DNA of 32,000 bases from an uncultured Gammaproteobacteria bacterium (GTDB lineage: Bacteria; Patescibacteriota; Microgenomatia; Daviesbacterales; UBA10151): positions 1-32,000 of the forward strand of contig CAYHYM010000002.1 in NCBI GenBank assembly GCA_964360965.1. Reading direction: 5' to 3'. Below, piece after piece: positions 23,801 through 30,404 of this stretch. A program made the position numbers and the translations under genes. Every line of letters begins with the position of its first letter. Within the stretch, counting starts at the first letter, position 1. The notes under the pieces were generated by a model. The model was not told the DNA's origin, did not search any database, and was given only the letters and a program-made list of their open reading frames with translations.

Positions 23801-23850
23801 GACCCTGAGCACTGAGCTTGTCGAAGTGTCGAATGGGTCAATAGTTCGAC
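23801..23850. repeat. CCTGAGC/CTTGTCGAAG/GTCGAATGGG family repeat (intergenic copy)
   Basis: GACCCTGAGCACTGAGCTTGTCGAAGTGTCGAATGGGTC...TTCGACTACGCTCACT. It shares modules with 227-266, 7850-7896 and 12728-12816. Confidence 0.8.
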
Positions 23851-23858
23851 TACGCTCA

Positions 23859-24098
23859 CTATTCAAAATCAGAATCCAAAATTTGTGGGTTAACCTTTTC
23901 CAACTCCACCTTTAGATCAGTAGAAGAATTAAATTTAAATTCCTTTTTAATTGGAGTTGGAGATGGAACTGGAGTCTGAACTGTCCCGGAGAAGGGACTT
24001 ATCATTTTTTTACCTTCCCACCCTTGGGGTGCAAACTTAAAAATTGTTATAACTGTTATAACAATTAAAATTATTATAAAAATTACCTTTTTATTCAT
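23859..24098 (-). CDS. small membrane-anchored hypothetical protein (79 aa)
   Basis: N-terminal TM helix VIFIIILIVITVITIF followed by a Pro-rich linker. Overlaps the upstream gene by 8 nt. Confidence 0.5.
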   Translation of the reverse strand: MNKKVIFIIILIVITVITIFKFAPQGWEGKKMISPFSGTVQTPVPSPTPIKKEFKFNSSTDLKVELEKVNPQILDSDFE

Positions 24099-24453
24099 TT
24101 AAAGCCTTTCCTGCCTCTTTTTTAGCCCTTAATACCTTGCCTTTTAAAACCTCCAGACTGGAACGTAACCCGGCTTTTGAAGAAAATTCTTGAGCTCTCT
24201 GATATGCAATTGCCTCTGCAGCATACGTTATCCAATAATCAGCTGATTTTATGGGTGTATCCACTCCCCCAAAAGCCACTCTAGTTTCTGTAATTCCCTT
24301 TCTATCTCTCAACTGCTCCATAATAGCAGCAAGCCTTGAAACATCTTCTTCAAATCTATTACAAACTTTTTGATTTATCTGATCAGTGGCTGGCGCTGCC
24401 AAAACAGTAATGGGGGTGATAAACAGTATACACAACAAAACCAACCACTTCAT
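24091..24453 (-). CDS. secreted hypothetical protein (120 aa)
   Basis: Signal-peptide-like N-terminus MKWLVLLCILFITPITVLAAPA. The remainder looks helical. Confidence 0.55.
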   Translation of the reverse strand: MKWLVLLCILFITPITVLAAPATDQINQKVCNRFEEDVSRLAAIMEQLRDRKGITETRVAFGGVDTPIKSADYWITYAAEAIAYQRAQEFSSKAGLRSSLEVLKGKVLRAKKEAGKALNE

Positions 24454-24476
24454 TATATTTAATAATACACTAAAAA

Positions 24477-24503
24477 GTCATTCTGGAGCGAAGCAATAGA
24501 ATC
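24477..24503. repeat. GTCATTCTGGAG...ATAGAATC family repeat (intergenic copy)
   Basis: GTCATTCTGGAGCGAAGCAATAGAATC closely matches each arm of the dnaX insertion (9206-9292) and the copy at 23716-23740. Confidence 0.8.
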
Positions 24504-24548
24504 TTTTTATCGAGGGGATCGAGAGGTCGGAATAGAACCGGGCGGACC

Positions 24549-25052
24549 CTATCTTGGTGATCTAAGTAGTACAGAGGGTAGAGATAACGCTGAAAGTATT
24601 ACCCCTACAACAACTGCTATTGTTCCACCAACCATCAAATAAGTGTTTCTCTCATCACTCTGCTGAAATGATTCCCTGAGGGTGGCGGCATAACTTTGTC
24701 TCTCTGCTTGTTTATCTAAAATATCTAAATCATCATTCAATCTATTATCTAATCCAGCTGCTACTTGTTTTATCTCTGCTATCCTGGCTCTGAAACTGGC
24801 TGTGTCTAAAGTATTACCCCATTTATTCCAAGTTTGAGCATCTACCAATTTAGTTATCTCCCCTGAAGCACCTTTTAGTTCAGACTTGGCAGCACTTACC
24901 TCATCTCCAGACAAAACTCCCTTAGCCTGATCTACTTGAGGGTCAATTATCCCATTTATTTCCATATTATCTACCACTCCTACAGCCAAAGATGCACCTC
25001 CTAATAAAAATGCAGTCACCCCTCCTAAAAATACTATTCGCTCAGTTCTCAT
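24549..25052 (-). CDS. hypothetical membrane protein with TM helices at both ends (167 aa)
   Basis: N-terminal IVFLGGVTAFLLGGASLAVGVV and C-terminal LMVGGTIAVVVGVILSALSL flank a helical domain of about 110 aa. Confidence 0.55.
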   Translation of the reverse strand: MRTERIVFLGGVTAFLLGGASLAVGVVDNMEINGIIDPQVDQAKGVLSGDEVSAAKSELKGASGEITKLVDAQTWNKWGNTLDTASFRARIAEIKQVAAGLDNRLNDDLDILDKQAERQSYAATLRESFQQSDERNTYLMVGGTIAVVVGVILSALSLPSVLLRSPR

Positions 25053-25082
25053 TGATTAAATATTATAGCATAGATCAGATAA

Positions 25083-27602
25083 CTATGCAACTAATATCTC
25101 TGGGCCACTTTTAAACATTTGTCCTTTCTCTATTTTTCTCTCTAGAATTTTTCTAGATAAATTAGCTTCTAGGGTATCTTGAATTAATCTTCTTAAGGGT
25201 CTTGCTCCAAGTACTGGATCAAAGCCGCGTTTGGCCAGTTCCCCTACCAACTTTTGATCAAATTCCACCAAATATCCCTGTTCTTTTAACCTACCCTGAA
25301 GCTGAACCAGTTTAAGTTGAACAATTTTTTGAAGATTATCCTCTGTTAAGGATTTAAATAACACCACATCATCAAAGCGGTTTATCAGCTCTGGTGTAAA
25401 AATTTGCAACAGTTCGTCATTGACCTGCTTATTAAGCTGGAGGAGACTTTTTCCATCTTTAAGTCCCCTGGCTATAATTAAAGAGGCGGCATTAGAGGTG
25501 GCAATAATAATGGTGTGAGTAAAATCAATGGTTCTACCTGACCCATCTGTTAACCTGCCATCTTCTAAAACTTGTAAAAATAAAGTCAAAATTTTTTGAT
25601 CTGCTTTTTCAAATTCATCCAAAAGCAACAGGGCATATGGTCTTATCCTAACTGCTTCTGTAAGCAATCCTCCTTCTCCCGATGCGCCGATCAACCGACT
25701 CACTGAATCAGGATTCTGATATTCCGACATGTCAAATCGCAAAAAAACTGCTGCATTTTTAAAGTATTCTTGAGCCAAAATCCTGGCCAGTTCTGTTTTA
25801 CCCACACCTGTGGGCCCTACAAATAAAAATGAACCAATGGGGCGGTTTGCCTCCCGGAGTCCTGTGGCAGATCTTCTTAAAGAATCAGAAACTGCTTTGA
25901 CTGCCTCTTGTTGATCAATCAGCTTTGTGTGAATTTGATCTTCCAGATTGAGCAGTTTTTGCTTCTCCATATTTCCCACCTCTAAAACAGGCACATTGAT
26001 TCTGGAAGCCACCACTTCCTGGATAATTTTTTGAGTAATCCAACCATCTGCAGATTGAGTTTGAGCCTGTTCCAAAATGGCAATGGCTGAGTCCGGCAAA
26101 ACCCGATCATGAATCAGCCTGGCAGCCAGCTGAACGCATTTTTTAATGGCCAAATATGATACTTTAATCTTTTGTTTTTTTTCTATTTGGGCACTTCGCT
26201 GTTCCAAAATCATCACAGTCTCATCCTCTGATGCGGGAGGAAGTTCCACTTTGGTAAAAAGCCTGGCAAAGGAGCCATTTTTCTCCAATGTTTTGGTATA
26301 ATTTTCAGGTTCAGTGGTGGCAATAAACTGAAAATTGGCGCCTTCCAGATATGGCAGCATTAATGAGTATAAATTATACTCAGATCCCACTTCACCCAGA
26401 CTTAAGTTGTGAATTTCCTCAACTGCCACTATCACATTTTGGGTAAATGATACTTCTTCAAAAATATTTTTGACCCGATCTGCCAGCTCTCCCTGGGTCC
26501 TGATGCCTGATAACAGTTTTGTCAAATTGAGCAGCACCAGTCTTTTGATAGCTAAAGCTGTGGGCGCATTGCCTTTGACAATCTGCCTGGCCAACAATTG
26601 TAAAAAAGCAGTTTTACCTGATCCCGGGGGTCCCACCACCACTACATTTTTTTGCGTTTCTTGAGATAAGATATTAATAGCCTGCGATACCACCTGTAAT
26701 CTTCCGATAAAATCTGCAAAACCAACCCCTGAGGCCTCTCTGGTTAAATCAACTGAAACGCTGTCCAAATCTGGAGTTGGTACTCCAATCCAGCCGCGAT
26801 TTACCCCTTTTAAGTGTCTCACGACAAAATCATCATCCCAGATAAAAACAGACCGTTTTAAATTTTTCTTTATTTCAACATAAAATAAAGCTTCCTCCAC
26901 ATCTGTTAATTTAAGATCCATTTTTAAAAGAAAATTGTCAATCCCCTGTTGAGTTTTTAATGCTGCCACAAAAAAATGACCCCAGGTAATGTAGGGACTG
27001 CAAGGACTACAACTCCTTCTGGCCAAATCAAAAGCCAGCTGTCCCACAAGATCTACATCAAGGGCTCTAAATTGAGAAAAATTGCCCGCATCTTTTTCCA
27101 AGTAACTAAGCAATTCCCTAACCTCCCAACTACCCAACAGATTTATCCAGGATAAATTTTCCTTTTTGACAGATGAGCTTTGCCAAAAACCCTGACCTTC
27201 CCGAATGAACCACACTTTTTTATGAGGATGAGTCAGGGTGTGGAAGAAAAAAATACCGGCTCCCAAAAACAGTCCCATCCTGCTCCAAAACCCCCCAATA
27301 TCAAAAATGGCAAAAAAGGGCAAAAACAAAAAGTAGCCTGTTAAAAGTAACATAAAGAAAGCCACCAAAGCAAAAGCGAAAAGGCCAATTAAAATCCTTA
27401 CTATTCTAAATATTAGACTCAAAATTCTGCCTATGGGGCTGGCATCATGAAAAAGAGGCACCAATAAAAGCCTCCACATCAGACTTACTGCCAGATCTTC
27501 TTCCAGAAAAAGGATTAAATTTCTAAAGCTACGGGCAAAAACAAAAAGGCATTCATAGTACCAGAACCTTAGTAAATGAATAGGCAACATCAAATACTTC
27601 AT
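25083..27602 (-). CDS. Clp/Hsp100-type double-ring AAA+ ATPase with an N-terminal multi-pass membrane domain
   Basis: D1 has Walker A GPPGSGKTA and Walker B-like VAVEEIH. D2 has Walker A GPTGVGKTE, Walker B LLLLDEFEKA, sensor ATSNA and GARPLRR. The first ~130 aa are strongly hydrophobic with several predicted TM helices. There is no long coiled-coil M-domain between D1 and D2. Confidence 0.85.
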   Translation of the reverse strand: MKYLMLPIHLLRFWYYECLFVFARSFRNLILFLEEDLAVSLMWRLLLVPLFHDASPIGRILSLIFRIVRILIGLFAFALVAFFMLLLTGYFLFLPFFAIFDIGGFWSRMGLFLGAGIFFFHTLTHPHKKVWFIREGQGFWQSSSVKKENLSWINLLGSWEVRELLSYLEKDAGNFSQFRALDVDLVGQLAFDLARRSCSPCSPYITWGHFFVAALKTQQGIDNFLLKMDLKLTDVEEALFYVEIKKNLKRSVFIWDDDFVVRHLKGVNRGWIGVPTPDLDSVSVDLTREASGVGFADFIGRLQVVSQAINILSQETQKNVVVVGPPGSGKTAFLQLLARQIVKGNAPTALAIKRLVLLNLTKLLSGIRTQGELADRVKNIFEEVSFTQNVIVAVEEIHNLSLGEVGSEYNLYSLMLPYLEGANFQFIATTEPENYTKTLEKNGSFARLFTKVELPPASEDETVMILEQRSAQIEKKQKIKVSYLAIKKCVQLAARLIHDRVLPDSAIAILEQAQTQSADGWITQKIIQEVVASRINVPVLEVGNMEKQKLLNLEDQIHTKLIDQQEAVKAVSDSLRRSATGLREANRPIGSFLFVGPTGVGKTELARILAQEYFKNAAVFLRFDMSEYQNPDSVSRLIGASGEGGLLTEAVRIRPYALLLLDEFEKADQKILTLFLQVLEDGRLTDGSGRTIDFTHTIIIATSNAASLIIARGLKDGKSLLQLNKQVNDELLQIFTPELINRFDDVVLFKSLTEDNLQKIVQLKLVQLQGRLKEQGYLVEFDQKLVGELAKRGFDPVLGARPLRRLIQDTLEANLSRKILERKIEKGQMFKSGPEILVA

Positions 27603-27605
27603 ACC

Positions 27606-27962
27606 TTATTTCACTCTAATCAAATTTCCATCAAGATCCAGTTCCACAAAATGTTTGGCCCGTCCCTCAATAAAGGCCGGACATTGATTTTGGGAATCAT
27701 CATCTAAAGCTTGCCTGGGACTGTGGGCAATATCAACCACCCAACCCGGAGAAATATCATTGGATAAACATGGACCCTGGGAAAAATCTAAACCTGCCTC
27801 TTTTTTTGTTTGATATAAATGTTGGGCCTGATTAATAGCATTATCCGCCTCTCTCCAAATACCGGGCTTATAACTTGTGGGAGTAACATTTCTAAGATAG
27901 ATCAGAAATGCGGATATCAAAATTACAGTCAATGAAACTATTAAAATTGTTGATTTAGGCAT
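27606..27962 (-). CDS. small membrane-anchored or secreted hypothetical protein (118 aa)
   Basis: N-terminal TM helix ILIVSLTVILISAFLIYL and two Cys residues in the soluble part. Stops 3 nt before the AAA+ gene start. Confidence 0.55.
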   Translation of the reverse strand: MPKSTILIVSLTVILISAFLIYLRNVTPTSYKPGIWREADNAINQAQHLYQTKKEAGLDFSQGPCLSNDISPGWVVDIAHSPRQALDDDSQNQCPAFIEGRAKHFVELDLDGNLIRVK

Positions 27963-27992
27963 AGATTTAAACCTAAAGATAAGTATAACACT

Positions 27993-29075
27993 TTAGGGAA
28001 TTTTACAATAAATTCCAGACCCTAAGTTTCTGACCACCCCTTTTATTTCCATTTTTAAAAGACCCGATGAAACCTCGGCTGCGCCAAGTTCCAAAATCCT
28101 GCATATTTCATCTATGTGTTTATTATCATTTTGAAGACAATCAATTATTTTCTTTTCATTTTCGGAAAGATCTGAAACTTTAACCATCTCCTTTTTTACT
28201 CCCTCCATTCCCAACTCCTGTAAAATTTCAGATGAGTCAAAAACCGGCCTGGCCCCTTCTTTGATTAAAGACATTGGGCCTTTTGATAGATCAGAGGTGA
28301 TTGGTCCTGGCACGGCAAAAACATCTCTTCCTTGTTCCAAAGCCAATCTGGCAGTAATCAAAGAACCGGAATCCTGAGCCGCCTCGGTTATCAAGACTGC
28401 CAAAGATAACCCGGCTATAATACGGTTGCGGGAAGGGAAATTTCCGGCCAGAGAAGGATAATCAGGAGGATACTCGGAAATGACAGCCCCAAAACCTTCC
28501 GCAATTCTCTTTACCAGTTGGGTATTTTCAGCCGGAAAGATTTTATTTAACCCCCCACCCAAAACAGCCATAGTTCGGCCCTTCGGCAGGCTCAGAGCAG
28601 TCTTGTGCGCTTGAGTGTCAATCCCCCTGGCCAAACCTGAAACAATGGTAAAGCCTGACAGAACCAGATCACGGGTAAATTTTTCTGTTACCAGCTTGCC
28701 GTAACCAGTCATTTTTCTGGTACCCACCACAGCAATGGCCCGATCATCCCCAGGTACAATCTCACCTTTATAGTACAAAACTATGGGAGAATCATAAATT
28801 TGTTTAAGTAAGTCAGGGTAGTTATCGTCAAAAATTGTTAACCAGGAAACACCCATCTTCTTAATAGACTCAGCATAAAGGATAGGATCCAGAATCTTTC
28901 TGGTTTCTGCCAAAAGATCCAAAACAGTTTGCGGCACCCCTATTTGTCTAATCTCCTTTAAATTAGCCTCCCAGGCCAGTTTCGGATCTTTAAAATAATC
29001 AATTATTGCCTTCAGCCTAATAGGACCTAGCCCATCAATACTATGCAGCGCCAAAAGATAAGCAATATTTTTCAT
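27993..29075 (-). CDS. dprA: DNA processing protein DprA
   Basis: LHSIDGLGPIR N-terminal SAM-like region, a Rossmann core with SGLARGIDTQAH and GSLITA, and a C-terminal winged-helix region. I chose the ATG at 29075; the ORF-track start at 29084 is a TTG three codons upstream. Confidence 0.9.
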   Translation of the reverse strand: MKNIAYLLALHSIDGLGPIRLKAIIDYFKDPKLAWEANLKEIRQIGVPQTVLDLLAETRKILDPILYAESIKKMGVSWLTIFDDNYPDLLKQIYDSPIVLYYKGEIVPGDDRAIAVVGTRKMTGYGKLVTEKFTRDLVLSGFTIVSGLARGIDTQAHKTALSLPKGRTMAVLGGGLNKIFPAENTQLVKRIAEGFGAVISEYPPDYPSLAGNFPSRNRIIAGLSLAVLITEAAQDSGSLITARLALEQGRDVFAVPGPITSDLSKGPMSLIKEGARPVFDSSEILQELGMEGVKKEMVKVSDLSENEKKIIDCLQNDNKHIDEICRILELGAAEVSSGLLKMEIKGVVRNLGSGIYCKIP

Positions 29076-29103
29076 AATTACCAACTCTTAAGTGTAAAAG
29101 GTA

Positions 29104-29130
29104 CTCTTCATTATATTCTCGGTCGAGAAC
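29104..29130. repeat. 27-bp perfect direct repeat, copy 1 (upstream of dprA)
   Basis: CTCTTCATTATATTCTCGGTCGAGAAC is identical to 29622-29648. It contains the palindrome TTCTCG-GT-CGAGAA (29116-29129) and a minus-strand TATAAT (29115-29110). Confidence 0.9.
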
Positions 29131-29138
29131 GTTTTGTA

Positions 29139-29621
29139 TCAAAACTTTATAGTACTCGACTCGAAAATACTTACCCATTCGTCTATTCCAACCTTTTTAA
29201 TATACTCATTTAGTAGATCAGCACAATTCTTTTTGCTTACCCAAATGCTATTTTGAAACCTTATAAACCCTAATTGTTTTAATTGATGTCTTAATAAATC
29301 TCTGGCCTTTCTCCTTTTTTCTGGAATATCCCACATTATTATTCTCCATTTCCCATCCCATTTTTCATCCTCCAGTTTCATCTTTGCCCAAAGTGCCTTA
29401 GTCTTTCCCTCGTCAGTAATTCTAGCAGCTAGCTCTTCATCACTTATTAGTTCTACAAATCCATTTTCTCTAAGCCTTTTAAAAACAAGTGCCAGCTCTG
29501 ATTTTTTAACTGGTCTCTCTAACAAAGGATTGTGTATAAAATCATCAAACTTAACATAACCATCCACTGTTTTTTCTAAGGTTAGGAGAACTATTTTAGC
29601 CAAGCTATTTTTCTTATTCAT
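29139..29621 (-). CDS. small PaaX-like regulator: N-terminal winged-helix domain plus a Cas2-like ferredoxin-fold domain (160 aa)
   Basis: WDGKWRIIMWDIPEKRRKARDLLRHQLKQLGFIRFQNSIWVS matches the W-x-hhhh-YD-hP-x3-R-x2-R pattern of the PaaX central and Cas2-like domains. The N-terminal ~70 aa look like a wHTH domain. Confidence 0.6.
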   Translation of the reverse strand: MNKKNSLAKIVLLTLEKTVDGYVKFDDFIHNPLLERPVKKSELALVFKRLRENGFVELISDEELAARITDEGKTKALWAKMKLEDEKWDGKWRIIMWDIPEKRRKARDLLRHQLKQLGFIRFQNSIWVSKKNCADLLNEYIKKVGIDEWVSIFESSTIKF

Positions 29622-29648
29622 CTCTTCATTATATTCTCGGTCGAGAAC
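29622..29648. repeat. 27-bp perfect direct repeat, copy 2 (immediately upstream of the regulator ATG)
   Basis: Identical to 29104-29130. The palindrome is at 29634-29647. Confidence 0.9.
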
Positions 29649-29658
29649 TTATTGTCAA
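29628..29658 (-). promoter_or_regulatory. promoter TTGACA-19-TATAAT with a palindromic operator in the spacer; probably a leaderless transcript
   Basis: On the minus strand, TTGACA is at 29658-29653 and TATAAT at 29633-29628. Only 6 nt (GAAGAG) separate the -10 box from the ATG at 29621. The palindrome TTCTCGACCGAGAA fills the spacer. Confidence 0.5.
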
Positions 29659-29678
29659 TACAGCATAACCATTCCCTC

Positions 29679-29707
29679 TTGACATCTGATAGGATAAGTT
29701 ATTTAAT
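29679..29707 (+). promoter_or_regulatory. possible divergent promoter, TTGACA-17-TTTAAT
   Basis: TTGACA at 29679-29684 and TTTAAT at 29702-29707. The ATG at 29718 follows 10 nt later without a Shine-Dalgarno sequence. Confidence 0.4.
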
Positions 29708-29717
29708 ACAGCTAATT

Positions 29718-30404
29718 ATGCCAGCAGAAGTTCCATTTAGCTTTAAATATACCAATCTGAGTGATAAGTTTTATTTAGAATCAAGAGTGGCTAGTAATCA
29801 AAAAGATCTTGAAGAAACATTAGAGCACATCCACATTGCTAGATATATGGCAGTCCAAGAAACTCAAGATATAGTAAAGGCTACTATGGAAGGGTGGATG
29901 GAAAGAACCCCTAGATCTACCTGGTGGGAACAAAAACCTACTAAAATGACTGCCTCTGTCAATGTTGACCTCCAGCATTTAGCTATAGCGGGCTGGAAAT
30001 ATTCAGGTCGTGAAGGACTATCCTTCCCTCCAGGAATAGAACCCTACAAACCTTATCTTCTACAACTGACGTATAGAAAGTATCCACAATATGCTAATAG
30101 AGATGTGGATGAGGCTGTAATCATTAGATGGGAGCAAGCTGCTGTTGAGAGAAGAGCAGATTTAGAATTACTTCGCCTTAGGAGTAGTCGAGCTGAATTT
30201 AGCTTTAGAAATGATAATGGACCTTTCTGGATGCTACAAGAAACTGCCAAGTGGATTAATTTTTTTGCGGCTGAAGCTGCAGTTAGAAACCCCGTCTTAG
30301 TAGATGATCCTGAATATGGTGAGGATGATGAGGCAACAATTATTTTTGAGAATAGAGATGTCGCAGTAGAAACCGCAACCTCACTCCCCCAAGGTTCTGG
30401 CTGA
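29718..30404 (+). CDS. hypothetical protein (228 aa from ATG 29718), Trp/Glu/Arg-rich
   Basis: A long ORF in AT-rich DNA and the only plus-strand gene in the last ~30 kb. The ORF track starts at a TTG at 29652; I prefer the ATG at 29718, downstream of the predicted promoter. Its 3' end overlaps the PBP gene by 24 nt, convergently. Confidence 0.6.
   Translation: MPAEVPFSFKYTNLSDKFYLESRVASNQKDLEETLEHIHIARYMAVQETQDIVKATMEGWMERTPRSTWWEQKPTKMTASVNVDLQHLAIAGWKYSGREGLSFPPGIEPYKPYLLQLTYRKYPQYANRDVDEAVIIRWEQAAVERRADLELLRLRSSRAEFSFRNDNGPFWMLQETAKWINFFAAEAAVRNPVLVDDPEYGEDDEATIIFENRDVAVETATSLPQGSG

Noticed and set aside
29139-29621. Cas2-like domain as evidence for a CRISPR-Cas locus
   Set aside because: There is no repeat-spacer array, cas1 or other cas gene anywhere in the window. 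The domain pattern fits PaaX-type regulators equally well.
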